NCBI GenBank assembly: GCA_965261735.1
Contig: OZ253470.1
Span: 2,400,001 to 2,464,000 of the forward strand
Direction of reading: 5' to 3'
DNA length: 64,000 nucleotides
Origin: Alphaproteobacteria bacterium
GTDB lineage: Bacteria; Pseudomonadota; Alphaproteobacteria; SHVV01
Position numbers and translations under genes: made by a program. Positions 52,555 through 64,000 of this stretch are shown in pieces. Position 1 is the first letter of the stretch; each line of letters opens with the position of its first letter. The notes beneath the pieces were generated by a model that made no database searches, had not been told where the DNA came from, and saw only the letters and a list, made by a program, of their open reading frames with translations.

Positions 52555-53289
52555 GTGACGGCGGCACCGACAAGCTCGATTCGCGGTGTTCTGTTCGACA
52601 AGGATGGCACGCTGGTGGACTTCTTCGCCAGCTGGATCCCGGCCTTCCGGGCCACCGCCGAGGGGCTTGCGAGCGCAGCGGGCCGGCCCGACAGCGCACC
52701 GCAGCTCCTGCGCAGCGGCGGTTACGATCCGGCGACGGGCGCACTCGACCCCGCCTCGCTGCTCGCATGCGGCACCTCCGCCGAGCTCGCCTCATGCTGG
52801 GCGCCGCTCCTCGGGCTCGCCTCGGCTTCGAACCTCGAGTCCCAGCTCAACGCGTTGTTCGCTAAATACGGCGTGACCGACTCCGTCCCGATTGGCGACC
52901 TGCCGGGTTTGTTCGGCCGGCTGCGGGCGCGCGGACTGGCCATGGGTGTTGCCACGTCGGATAGTACCGCCGGCGCGGGCGCCATTCTTGAGCACCTCGG
53001 CATCATTGGCCTGTTGGACCACGTGGCCGGCTACGATAGCGGCACTGGCGTGAAACCGGATCCCCAGATCGTGTTCGCGTTTTGCGCTGCCGTCGGGCTC
53101 GAGCCGCGCCAGGTCGCGGTGGTCGGCGACTCGGTGGTCGACCTCGGCATGGCCCGCGCGGCCGGCGCCGGTCTTGCGGTCGGGGTGCTCAGCGGCGTCT
53201 CCGCGAGGGAGTATCTCGCCCCCCTCGCCGACCACGTGCTCGACGACATCGCGACACTTGAAACCGTGCTTGGGCTCGCGGATAGCTGA
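52555..53289 (+). CDS. HAD-family hydrolase
   Basis: LFDKDGTLVD, ATSD, KPDP, VGDS..D. Confidence 0.88.
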   Translation: MTAAPTSSIRGVLFDKDGTLVDFFASWIPAFRATAEGLASAAGRPDSAPQLLRSGGYDPATGALDPASLLACGTSAELASCWAPLLGLASASNLESQLNALFAKYGVTDSVPIGDLPGLFGRLRARGLAMGVATSDSTAGAGAILEHLGIIGLLDHVAGYDSGTGVKPDPQIVFAFCAAVGLEPRQVAVVGDSVVDLGMARAAGAGLAVGVLSGVSAREYLAPLADHVLDDIATLETVLGLADS

Positions 53290-53358
53290 GAATCGCCGAC
53301 GCGCCGCGGCGGCCGCTCTACCCCTGCCGTCGTCGGCCTTCAGCCGAGTGGCGCGTAG

Positions 53359-54859
<1,501 letters not shown>

Positions 54860-55873
54860 GACTGTTCGACATTGCGGCGCTACCCGATGCGATGGCCGTG
54901 GGCGAGGCCGAGATTGACGGCGATACGTTGGCGCTCCGTTTCGCGCCGGAGGGTCATCGCGGCCGCGTCGACGGCGCCTGGCTGCGCGCCCACCGCTACA
55001 CGGGGGGAGCCCAACGAGAGCGTTACGGCGCGCCGCGCAGGTGGGGGCGTGAGTTAGGCGACGACTTGCCCGTGGCCGAACACGACGCCGTCATCCGGAG
55101 CCAGGCGGAGATGGGGCGCTGGCTCGGCTTAATTCGCGCCTACGGCTTCAGCATACTGCGCGGCGTCCCGAGGGTGCCGGGCGAGGTCGCCCGGGTAGCG
55201 GAGCGGTTCGGTTTCGTGCGCGAGACCAATTTCGGCCGCATCTTCGAGGTGGTCGCCAAGCCGGCCGCGAACGATCTCGCCTTCACCCGCCTTGCGCTCG
55301 GTCCCCACACCGACAACCCCTACCGCGACCCGGTGCCGGGACTGCTGTTGCTGCATTGCCTGGCCTCGGGGGCGAGTGGCGGGATATCGCTCGTCGTCGA
55401 CGGGTTTCGCGCCGCCGAGCGGCTGCGCGCCGAAGCGCCGGAGCGCTTCGCCTTGCTCGCGAGCCACGAGGTGCCGTTTTGGTTTCGCGACGCGGACTAC
55501 GATATCCAGACCAGCGCACCCATCGTGACCGTCGATCACGGCGGGGCGGTAACGGCCATCCGTTACAGCAACCGCACGGGCGCACCCTTCGACGTGCCCG
55601 CCGATACGATGGCGGCCTTCTACGACGCCTATCGCCACTTCGGCCGCCTGCTCGCGGACGCCGAGGCCCAGGTCACCTTCCGCCTCGACCCCGGCGATCT
55701 CCTCATCCTCGACAACCGGAGGGTCCTGCACGGGCGTCGCGAGTTCGCCGCCGATGGGGCGCGCCGTCTGCAGGGCTGCTACGCGGATCGCGATGCGCTC
55801 GATTCACGGTGGCGAAAGATCGCGGCCGCATGATGGCGTCGTCCGGGTGGCGAGAAGGGCGGCCGTGAGGCGG

Positions 55874-56417
55874 ATGGATTGCATTGACGATCTAGCCGCC
55901 CTCTTCGATTCGCGGGGCGGTGGCGGTGAGGGCTATTTCGGCGAGCCGGTAACGATTACCGAGCATATGCTGCAGGCGGGTGCGCTGGCCGCCGCGGCCG
56001 GGGCTGCGCCGGCCCTCGTCGTTGCCGCGCTGTTGCACGACGTGGGGCACCTGACGCAGCCGGCCGCGGCGCAAGACGATTGGCATCGCGAGCACGATCG
56101 CGTCGGCGCGGAGTGGCTGGGCCGCCACTTCCCGCCCGAGGTGTCCGAGCCGGTCCGCCTTCACGTAGGTGGCCAAGCGCTATCTCTGTGCCGTTGAACC
56201 CGACTATGTGGGGCGCCTGTCGAGTGCTTCGATTCGTACGCTCGAGCTGCAAGGGGCGGCGCTCTCAACAACGGAGGCGGCCGCGTTCGCCGGCCACCCG
56301 CACTGCGACGAAGCCGTGCGCCTGCGCGGCTGGGACGAGGCGGCCAAGGTGCCCGGGCGCGCGGTCGCAACGTTCGCGCATTACGTCCCGCTCGTCGATT
56401 CGCTTTTGGTTTCCTAG
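55874..56417 (+). pseudogene. HD-domain oxygenase, TmpB/PhnZ-like, +1 frameshift
   Basis: YFGEPVTITEHMLQ, ALLHDVGH, H...GA.WL, VRLHV; extra G near 56168, then AKRYLCA...LS.AS..TL.LQG, LR.WDEAAK. Confidence 0.82.
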
Positions 56418-56454
56418 GGGCTGGACGGCGACCCCCCGATCCGTGGCCTCTTCC

Positions 56455-57543
56455 ATGCCCATCCCGACGACGACCATCGGCGCCTATCCCAAGCCGACCT
56501 ACGTGCCGATCTCCGACTGGTTCGCGGCGCCGGCGACCGAGGAGGCCGCGGCAACTACGCAGCAATACGCGGCGGCCCTGGCCCATGCTCGCGACCGATA
56601 TGAGTCCGCTCTAACTGACGCAGGCGAGAGCGCCGAAGCGCTGTTTGTGCGCGCCACACGCGAGGCGGTGCGCGATCAGGTCGAAGCCGGAATCGATGTT
56701 CCGACCGACGGCGAGGCGCGCCGAGAGAACTACATTCACCCCCACTGCCGCCACGTCGCGGGATTCGATTTCGAGCGCATCGGCGAACGCCTCATGCGCG
56801 GCCATTACGTGGCACGCCTGCCGACCATCACCGGGCCTATCAGCGCGCGCGAGCCCTTCTTGCCCGATGAGTGGCGCATCGCGCAGTCGGTGAGCGAGCG
56901 GCCCATCAAGGTCACCATGCCGGGGCCGATGACGATCGCGGACACGGCGGTAGACGAGCATTACGGCGATCCCGTCACGCTCGGGCGCGATTTGACCACC
57001 GCCCTGAACGCCGAGGTTCTGGCGCTCGCGGCCGCCGGCTGCACCTATATCCAGATCGATGAGCCGGTCATGGCCCGTGCCGCCCAACAGGCGCTCGATC
57101 ACGGGATCGACAACCTGGCGCGCTGCTTCGACGGCGTGCCCGAGGGCGTAACACGCGTCGTGCATGTGTGCCTCGGCTACCCCGACCGCCTCGACAGCAC
57201 CGACTACCCCAAGGCACCGAGGAACGCCTACCTGCAACTCGGCGACGCGCTCGATGCCGCCGGATTCGACCAGATCAGCTTCGAGGACGCGCACCAACCC
57301 AACGATCTCGCCGCGCTGCTGCCGCGTTTCCGCTCCGCTTCGATCGTGCTCGGCGTCGTCGCTATCGCCAAGAGCGAGGTCGAGACGGTGGCGCGTATCC
57401 GCGCGCGCCTCGCGACCGCGCTCGAGCACATCGAGCCGGAGCGGCTGATCGCTGCGCCCGACTGCGGCCTCGGTTTCCTGGGCCGTGACCTGGCGCTCGC
57501 GAAGCTGTGCAACATGACGGCGGCGGCGCGCTCCATGGCGTGA
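56455..57543 (+). CDS. Cobalamin-independent methionine synthase, single-barrel (MetE C-terminal/core) family
   Basis: TTIGAYPKP, TDGE.RRE.Y, PGP.T, IQIDEP, HVC, PDCG Zn ligands. Confidence 0.85.
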   Translation: MPIPTTTIGAYPKPTYVPISDWFAAPATEEAAATTQQYAAALAHARDRYESALTDAGESAEALFVRATREAVRDQVEAGIDVPTDGEARRENYIHPHCRHVAGFDFERIGERLMRGHYVARLPTITGPISAREPFLPDEWRIAQSVSERPIKVTMPGPMTIADTAVDEHYGDPVTLGRDLTTALNAEVLALAAAGCTYIQIDEPVMARAAQQALDHGIDNLARCFDGVPEGVTRVVHVCLGYPDRLDSTDYPKAPRNAYLQLGDALDAAGFDQISFEDAHQPNDLAALLPRFRSASIVLGVVAIAKSEVETVARIRARLATALEHIEPERLIAAPDCGLGFLGRDLALAKLCNMTAAARSMA

Positions 57544-57590
57544 CGATTGGCGCTTGATTGCGGGCGCGCCGTGCCGCAACGTGCGGAGTG

Positions 57591-59054
57591 ATGAGGAACC
57601 TTCCCGAGCAGAAGCTCTATATCGGCGGCGGCTACGTCGATGCCACCTCGGGCGAGGCCTTCGTCACGCGTAACCCGGCCGAGGGCGAGGTCATCTGCGA
57701 GGTCCAGGTGGCGGGCGCCGCCGATGTCGATGCGGCGGTCCACTCGGCCGCGGCGGGCTTCCGTGCCTGGTCGGCGATGCGCGGCGCCGAGCGCGGCCGT
57801 GTGCTCATGAAGGCGGTGGCGCTGCTGCGCGAGCGCAACCGCGAGCTCGCCGAGCTCGAGGTCGCCGATACCGGCAAGCCGATCGCCGAGGCGAGCACGG
57901 TCGACATTCACTCGGGCGCGGACTGCATCGAGTATTTCGCGGGGCTGGCGGCGAGCCTCCATGGCGAGCATTTCGAGCTCGGCACCGCCTTCGCTTACAC
58001 GCGGCGCGAGCCGCTCGGCGTGTGCGCCGGCATCGGCGCGTGGAACTACCCGCTACAGATCGCCTGCTGGAAGTCGGGGCCGGCGCTGGCGTGCGGCAAT
58101 GCCATGGTGTTCAAACCGGCCGAGCAGACCCCGCTGAGCGCGCCTAAGCTCGCCGAGATCTACAGCGAGGCCGGCGTGCCCGACGGTGTATTCAACGTCG
58201 TTCAGGGCGCCGCGGCCACCGGACAGCTGCTGTCGCGCCACGTGGGTATCGCCAAGGTCTCGTTGACCGGCGAGGCGGCGACTGGAAAACAGGTGATGGC
58301 CGATGCCGCGGGTACGCTGAAGCACGTCACCATGGAGCTCGGCGGTAAATCGCCCCTCGTGATCTTTGCCGATGCCGACCTCGACAACGCGGTCTCGGCC
58401 GCACTCATGGCGAACTTCTATACCCAGGGCGAGATCTGTTCGAACGGCACCCGGGTCTTCGTCGAGGAGCCGATCCACGATGCGTTCGTGGCCAAGCTCA
58501 CGGCCCGTGTCGCCAACATGAAGGTCGGCGATCCGATGGACCCGGAGACGACCATCGGCGCCCTCATCAGCGAGGATCACCGCGCCAAGGTGCTGAGCTA
58601 CGTGGCCGGGGCCGAGCGCGAAGGCGCGAGGCTCATCGCCGGCGGCGCCGCGCCGAGCGACCCGGCGCTGGCCAAGGGCTACTTCGTCATGCCGACCGTG
58701 TTCGACCGTTGCACCGACGACATGACGATCGTGCGCGAGGAGATCTTCGGCCCCGTGATGGCCGTCCTCACCTTCCGCGACGAGGACGAGGTCGTGGCCC
58801 GCGCCAACGCCTCGGACTATGGCCTCGCCGCCGGCGTCTTCACCCGCGACATCACGCGCGCCCATCGCGTCGTCGCCCGCTTCGAGGCCGGCACCTGCTG
58901 GATCAACAATTACAACATTACGCCCATCGAGATGCCCTTCGGCGGCACCAAGCACTCGGGCTTGGGGCGCGAGAACAGCCTGGTCACGATCGGCCACTAC
59001 ACGCAGCTCAAGAGCGTCTACGTCGAGATGGGCGACGTCGAGGCGCCGTTCTGA
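57591..59054 (+). CDS. betB: Betaine aldehyde dehydrogenase
   Basis: [57 protein letters not shown]. Confidence 0.9.
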   Translation: MRNLPEQKLYIGGGYVDATSGEAFVTRNPAEGEVICEVQVAGAADVDAAVHSAAAGFRAWSAMRGAERGRVLMKAVALLRERNRELAELEVADTGKPIAEASTVDIHSGADCIEYFAGLAASLHGEHFELGTAFAYTRREPLGVCAGIGAWNYPLQIACWKSGPALACGNAMVFKPAEQTPLSAPKLAEIYSEAGVPDGVFNVVQGAAATGQLLSRHVGIAKVSLTGEAATGKQVMADAAGTLKHVTMELGGKSPLVIFADADLDNAVSAALMANFYTQGEICSNGTRVFVEEPIHDAFVAKLTARVANMKVGDPMDPETTIGALISEDHRAKVLSYVAGAEREGARLIAGGAAPSDPALAKGYFVMPTVFDRCTDDMTIVREEIFGPVMAVLTFRDEDEVVARANASDYGLAAGVFTRDITRAHRVVARFEAGTCWINNYNITPIEMPFGGTKHSGLGRENSLVTIGHYTQLKSVYVEMGDVEAPF

Positions 59055-59085
59055 GCGGGCCGCACGCCGGCGGGGAGGGAAGGCG

Positions 59086-59922
59086 ATGAGCGATAGGTTC
59101 CTCGCTGGGCGTGTAGCCTTGGTGACGGGCGGCGCCTCTGGCATGGGCCGGGCGATGGCGCTTGCGTTTGCCGGCGCCGGCGCCCAGGTGGCCATCGGCT
59201 CGCTACTGGCCGATCGGGCCGATCGCGCGGCGGAGGGCGAGCTCGCGCACCTGCCGGGGCGCGAGGCCCCCGACGCCGCCGCGCGAGACATCGAAGCACT
59301 CGGCGGCCAGGCGCTGGCGATGGAGCTCGACGTCACCTCGTCCGAATCGGTGGCCGCGTTCCACGGAGCTGCGCTCGCGCGCTTCGGCAAGGTCGACATC
59401 CTCGCCAACGCGGCCGGCATCACGGCCGAACAGACCATCGTCGGCCACGAAGACGCCCTGTGGCACAAGGTAGTCGACGTCAACCTCAACGGCACCTACC
59501 GGACCATCAAGCAATGTCTTCCCGGCATGATCGAGCGTGGCTGGGGCCGCATTGTCAACATCGCGTCCACGGCCGCGTCGGTGGGGGCGCCGACGTCTGC
59601 TGCCTACGCCGCCGCCAAGGCCGGCGTCGTCGGGCTCACCCGCTGCGTGGCCCTCGAGGGCGCCCCGCACGGCGTCTCCTGCAACGCCATCAGCCCGACC
59701 TGGGTGGAGACCGATTTCGGTCGCCGGTGGATGTCCGATATCGCCGAGAAGCAGGAGGGCCGAGCCGGCGCGGAGTATATCGCCGAGGTCAAGGCGAGCA
59801 ATCCGCAGCGGCGGCTGATCCAGCCCGGCGAGGTCGGCGCGCTGGCGCTGTTCCTGTGTCGCGACGAGGCCCTGGGCCTGACGATGCAGGATCTCGTGGT
59901 CTCCGGCGGCTCGTTATGGTGA
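59086..59922 (+). CDS. SDR oxidoreductase (3-hydroxybutyrate dehydrogenase-like)
   Basis: TGGASGMG, NAAG, NIAS, YAAAK. Confidence 0.85.
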   Translation: MSDRFLAGRVALVTGGASGMGRAMALAFAGAGAQVAIGSLLADRADRAAEGELAHLPGREAPDAAARDIEALGGQALAMELDVTSSESVAAFHGAALARFGKVDILANAAGITAEQTIVGHEDALWHKVVDVNLNGTYRTIKQCLPGMIERGWGRIVNIASTAASVGAPTSAAYAAAKAGVVGLTRCVALEGAPHGVSCNAISPTWVETDFGRRWMSDIAEKQEGRAGAEYIAEVKASNPQRRLIQPGEVGALALFLCRDEALGLTMQDLVVSGGSLW

Positions 59923-60030
59923 CGCCCGGCGCGCGCGCCGTTCACGACAATTTGGGCGAATTCGGTCACACTTAACGCCCTTGAGCCAGGGGATCGACGC
60001 CCGGCACTACCGGGTAAGGAGGAGCGTTCC

Positions 60031-61248
60031 ATGAACCAATTGAAAGCGCGTAGCGTTCCCGTAAACCTGCGCCAGAGCGGCAACAGCGATGCCCGTATGC
60101 TGATCTCGACCCGCGTGCGCAAGTCGCCCTATTGGCACCTGTCCAAGGCCGCCGGCTGCCGCGCCTACACCGTGTACAACCACATGTACCATCCGCGCTC
60201 CTACGTCAGGCCCGAGGACGGCGGCCTGCTCAAGGAATACGAGCACCTCACCACGCACGTCAGCATGTGGGACGTCGCCGTCGAGCGGCAGGTGCAGATC
60301 AAGGGGCCCGACGCGCTCGCCTTCACCAACCTGCTGGTGACTCGCGACCTCACCAAGAAGTGCCCGGTCAACCAGGCCCGCTACGTCATCCTGTGCGACG
60401 AGCGCGGCGGCATCATCAGCGATCCCGTCCTGCTCCGCGTCGCCGAGGACGAGTTCTGGCTGAGCATCTCCGACAGCGACACGCTGCTGTGGGCACGGGG
60501 CGTGAACTACAAGGTGGGCTACGACATCGAGGTCAACGAGATCGATGTCGCCCCGATACAGATCCAGGGCCCGAAATCGAAAGACCTGATGCGCAAGCTG
60601 TGCGGCGACGACATTCTCGAGGTGCGCTACTACGGCCTGTGGCAGACTAAGCTCGCCGGCATGGACGTCGTTATTTCGCGCACCGGATGGTCGGCGGAGG
60701 TGGGCTACGAGATCTACCTAAAAAATGCCATGACCAACGCCGACAAGCTATGGAACCTGGTGCTCGAGGCGGGCGAGGAATTCAACCTGAAAGTCATTGC
60801 GCCGAGCCACATCCGCAGGCTCGAGGCGGGTATCCTCTCCTACGGCCAGGACATGGACCTCGAAACCAATCCGTTCGAGGTCGGCCTCGACTGGCAGGTC
60901 GACCTATCCAAACCCGACTTCATCGGCAAGCCGGCGCTGGCCGAGATCAAGGAGCGCGGCGTGAGCCAACGCCTCGTCGGGCTCAAGATGGGGGGCGAGC
61001 CGATCGATTGGTATATCCCGGACTTCTGGATCGTGCGCGACGGCGGCGGCGCCGAGGTGGGCTACGTCACCAGCGCGTTCTACTCGCCCAAACTGGAGTC
61101 GAACATTGCGCTGGCCATGCTGCCGAACGCCTGCAACGCGCTCGGCACGCCGCTGAGCGTGGCCATACCCGATCGTGGCGAGGCGGTGGCGGCGACCGTG
61201 GTGGAAACCCCGTTCTACGATCCCAAGAAGGCAATCCCGGCAGCCTAG
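60031..61248 (+). CDS. GcvT-family THF-dependent demethylase, DmdA-like
   Basis: R.RKSPY, YTVYNHM, WDVAVERQV...GPDA, SR.GWS...GYEIYL, RRLEAGILSYG.D. Confidence 0.8.
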   Translation: MNQLKARSVPVNLRQSGNSDARMLISTRVRKSPYWHLSKAAGCRAYTVYNHMYHPRSYVRPEDGGLLKEYEHLTTHVSMWDVAVERQVQIKGPDALAFTNLLVTRDLTKKCPVNQARYVILCDERGGIISDPVLLRVAEDEFWLSISDSDTLLWARGVNYKVGYDIEVNEIDVAPIQIQGPKSKDLMRKLCGDDILEVRYYGLWQTKLAGMDVVISRTGWSAEVGYEIYLKNAMTNADKLWNLVLEAGEEFNLKVIAPSHIRRLEAGILSYGQDMDLETNPFEVGLDWQVDLSKPDFIGKPALAEIKERGVSQRLVGLKMGGEPIDWYIPDFWIVRDGGGAEVGYVTSAFYSPKLESNIALAMLPNACNALGTPLSVAIPDRGEAVAATVVETPFYDPKKAIPAA

Positions 61249-61283
61249 GCGCAAGGCGCCCACCGACGGGCCGAGGACGCGAC

Positions 61284-62216
61284 ATGGCGACATCGCGCAA
61301 AGTGATCATCACCTGCGCCGTCACCGGGGCGGCGCACACGCCGACCATGTCGCCGCACCTCCCGTGCACGCCCGATGAGATCGCCCGCGATTCGGTCGCC
61401 GCCGCCGAAGCCGGTGCGGCCGTCATCCACGTCCATGCGCGCGAGCCCGACGGCAAGCCGACCAGCGACGTGGACGTGTTCATGGAGTTCCTACCCCGCA
61501 TCAAGCAGGGGTGCGACGCGATCGTCAGTATCTCCAGCGGCGGCGGCACGGGCATGAGCGTGGAAGAGCGCCTCGCGGCGGTATTCCGCGCCGAGCCCGA
61601 ACTCACCACCCTCAACCTGGGCACGATGAACTTCGGCTACTACCCGATGATCGAGCGGCATCGCGGCCAGTGGCGCCATGACTGGGAGGAGCCCTATCTC
61701 GAGAGCTCGCGCTCCGAGCCCTTTATCAGCACGTTTGCCGGCATGGAGTCCATGATCGAGAAGGTCGGCGAACTCGGCACCCGGTTCGAGTTCGAAGCCT
61801 ACGACGTTGGCCACCTCTACACGCTCGCCCATTTCGCCGATCGCGCGCTGGTCAAGCCGCCGCTGTTCGTCCAGACCATTTTCGGCAACCTCGGCGGTAT
61901 CGGCACCGACATCGACAACCTCGTGTTCATGAAGCGCACCGCCGACCGCCTGTTCGGCGATGACTTCGTCTGGTCGGTGCTGGGCTCGGGCCGGCACCAA
62001 TTCGGGCTGGTGACGACCGGCGCCATCATGGGCGCCAATATCCGCGTCGGCCTCGAGGACAACCTCTACATCGCCAGGGGCGAACTCGCCGCGTCCAACG
62101 CCGAGCAGGTCGCCAAGATCCGCCGCATTCTCGAAGAGCTATCGCTCGAAGTCGCGACGCCCGCCGAGGCGCGCGAGACCCTACAGGTCAAGGGCGCCGA
62201 TCGCGTCGCCTTCTAG
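61284..62216 (+). CDS. Beta-keto acid cleavage enzyme (DUF849/BKACE)
   Basis: KVIITCAVTG..HTPTMSP.LP, H.HAR, FEFE.YD.GH, RVGLEDN. Confidence 0.92.
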   Translation: MATSRKVIITCAVTGAAHTPTMSPHLPCTPDEIARDSVAAAEAGAAVIHVHAREPDGKPTSDVDVFMEFLPRIKQGCDAIVSISSGGGTGMSVEERLAAVFRAEPELTTLNLGTMNFGYYPMIERHRGQWRHDWEEPYLESSRSEPFISTFAGMESMIEKVGELGTRFEFEAYDVGHLYTLAHFADRALVKPPLFVQTIFGNLGGIGTDIDNLVFMKRTADRLFGDDFVWSVLGSGRHQFGLVTTGAIMGANIRVGLEDNLYIARGELAASNAEQVAKIRRILEELSLEVATPAEARETLQVKGADRVAF

Positions 62217-62231
62217 GGTCATGCATTCATG

Positions 62232-63336
62232 CTTGCCTTTCCGGTTAACGCCCATGACCGCTACATGTAGGGTGCCGCCACTCTCCCGAGTAAAGCTCGG
62301 CATAGGTTGGAGCAGAGGTGTCGCCCGCGATGCCGAGCAATGAGCGGAAGGCGTTGAACGGGTAGAACCGCCTGTTGAAGCGGAAGGTGAACTCGTTGAG
62401 GTAGGCTTGTAGGTGCTGGTGGCTAACGCCGTGGTGGATATCGATCAGCCACGTCTTCAGGTTGGCGAAAACCAGATGGATGATCGGCAGGTATTGCTCG
62501 GCAACCTCTGGATCACCACACTCGGCAACAGCGAAGTGCTCATAGCCGCGCTTACCGAGGCCAGCATAGCCGCTCCAATCGTCAGTAACGATCAGCGATC
62601 GCGGCGCGACGGTGCTCTCGACGAACCCACAGAGCGACTCGGCGCTACGGTCGAGCACGACGGCGAGCCGAACGCGTCCGGCATAGCGTCCGTCTTTCCG
62701 GTTGTCGAGCTTGGTGCCCGGCTTTCGATGACGCACCTCGATGGCACAGGAGACGGGAACCTTGTGGTGAACACCACGGCCTTCCCCACGCGTTCGCCCG
62801 CCAACCCAGGTTTCGTCCACCTCAACATGGTTCTTGGGCTGTCCACCGATCCTGTCTTGGTTGGGCCGCACCATGCCCGAGCGGAGCTTGTGGAGAATTT
62901 GAAAGGCCGTCTCGTAGCGCGAAAGACCAAGTTGCCGCTGAAACTGCACGGCGGACATGCCGGGCGTCTGACTGGCGACCAGATAAGCGGCCCAGAACCA
63001 GACGTTCAGCGGAGTGTGGCTACGCTCCATCACTGTTCCCACCGTCAGCCCGGTGTTCTGGCGGCACTTGCGGCAGCGCAGGACGCCAGGGCGGTTTTCA
63101 AAGTGGAACGGCTCTCCCGCCGTGCCGCAGTGCGGGCAGGCAAAGCCGTCTCCCCAGCGGGCTTTCTCCAGGTAGGCGGCGCAGGCCGCATCATCGGGGA
63201 AAAGTCGCTGGAACTCGGGTAGCGAATGCGGGAATGGGAGATCGGCGCGGTCGAGAACATCCATGGCGCGCTCCCCTATATCCGGGTTGCGCCCATTCTA
63301 GCCCTAGTGGGTGTGGGTGTAACCCGGATAGGCAAG
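62232..63336 (-). mobile_element. IS1595-family insertion sequence, copy 3 (1105 bp, no TSD)
   Basis: TIRs present; the flanks CATTCATG and AGTTCTTC do not match. Confidence 0.93.
62245..63264 (-). CDS. IS1595-family transposase
   Basis: Two amino-acid differences from copies 1 and 2 (G to D, terminal C to R). Confidence 0.95.
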   Translation of the reverse strand: MDVLDRADLPFPHSLPEFQRLFPDDAACAAYLEKARWGDGFACPHCGTAGEPFHFENRPGVLRCRKCRQNTGLTVGTVMERSHTPLNVWFWAAYLVASQTPGMSAVQFQRQLGLSRYETAFQILHKLRSGMVRPNQDRIGGQPKNHVEVDETWVGGRTRGEGRGVHHKVPVSCAIEVRHRKPGTKLDNRKDGRYAGRVRLAVVLDRSAESLCGFVESTVAPRSLIVTDDWSGYAGLGKRGYEHFAVAECGDPEVAEQYLPIIHLVFANLKTWLIDIHHGVSHQHLQAYLNEFTFRFNRRFYPFNAFRSLLGIAGDTSAPTYAELYSGEWRHPTCSGHGR

Positions 63337-63437
63337 AGTTCTTCTTGGCTAGCTTCACCATCCGGCTGATGGTGCAAGTATCTCAGGACGGCCACGGACA
63401 TTTCGAATTCGGTGGTTCTTCCGATCTTGCTGGGCAC
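63337..63437 (-). pseudogene. 5' fragment of a hypothetical gene truncated by IS copy 3
   Basis: AAGGAAGG RBS + GTG; MPSKIGRTTEFEMSVAVLRYLHHQPDGEASQEE runs into the IS end. Confidence 0.45.
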
Positions 63438-63860
63438 GATTCGCCTTCCTTTGCGTCAATAGAAAGGCGCACTTGACGGGCGGTCAGGAATCCGCGATGA
63501 TTCTTCCTGACGCTGTTTCGCCGTTCCGCGCGCCTTCGTGGGTTTACGCGGGACCATCTGTTACCGAAAGCCTGGGGGCAACCAGGCTTTTTGGCGTTCA
63601 GTGGCATATGTCGTGGGTACTATAAGGAAATTCGCAACATCTCGTCAACCGAAATCAATACAAGCTTATAAGCCCCCAAAAAAAAGCAGTCCGCAACACG
63701 CTGAGGCGCCGCGCCGCGGCACGATGATGGTGCGAAAACAGAGGCCTAGGGGCGCCGGTTGACAGCCACGGGAGCCGCCAACTATGGTCCGCCGTCCTGC
63801 GCTCCATCGTTGATCCCCGGCGGCATGACCGTGGCGGGCAACGATTTGGAAATCCCTGAC

Positions 63861-63989
63861 ATGCAAGTATCGGTGCACGGCAAGCAGCTCGATGTAGGTG
63901 ATCCGCTGCGCGCCCAGCTGAGCGTGTTCTACCGGCGCGCCGACGGCAGCAGCGGTTGGATCGAACCGGGCCAATCCGGCGACGGCTGA
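63861..63989 (+). pseudogene. hpf: Internally deleted ribosome hibernation factor (long HPF/RaiA) remnant
   Basis: N-terminal MQVSVHGKQLDVGDPLR is joined in frame to the C-terminal motif VFYRRADG..GWIEP. Confidence 0.75.
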
Positions 63990-64000
63990 CTTCAGGTACG

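Overview
A high-GC alphaproteobacterial chromosomal window (Rhodospirillales-like, probably marine or host-associated; taxonomy inferred from gene content only). I saw no rRNA, tRNA or CRISPR array. From left to right it holds: a partial chorismate mutase and metX-metW; a tandem array of six CntA/YeaW-type Rieske oxygenase alpha subunits (4 intact, 1 frameshifted, 1 truncated) with near-invariant Rieske domains, diversified catalytic domains and no reductase; an oxalyl-CoA synthetase/reductase-like pair; ggt; an anthraniloyl/salicylyl-CoA monooxygenase; a stressosome operon whose RsbR carries a FixL-type heme-PAS sensor and whose output is an RsbU-N/PAS/GGDEF protein; an orphan CoxL-like gene; a REP-flanked GIY-YIG gene; trpE(G); and a large quaternary-amine catabolic region (soxBDAG, DMG dehydrogenase, tmpAB-like, MetE-core, betB, DmdA-like, BKACE). 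Three 1105-bp IS1595-family copies are present: two have 8-bp TSDs and disrupt genes, one lacks a TSD. Several frameshifts and at least three deletion scars (Rieske copy 6, an acyl-CoA ligase/E1-beta chimera, a mini-hpf) indicate genome erosion, although some indels may be sequencing errors. The best candidates for an undescribed system are the Rieske paralog array and the heme-PAS stressosome feeding a diguanylate cyclase. All calls come from reading motifs by eye, without database searches.
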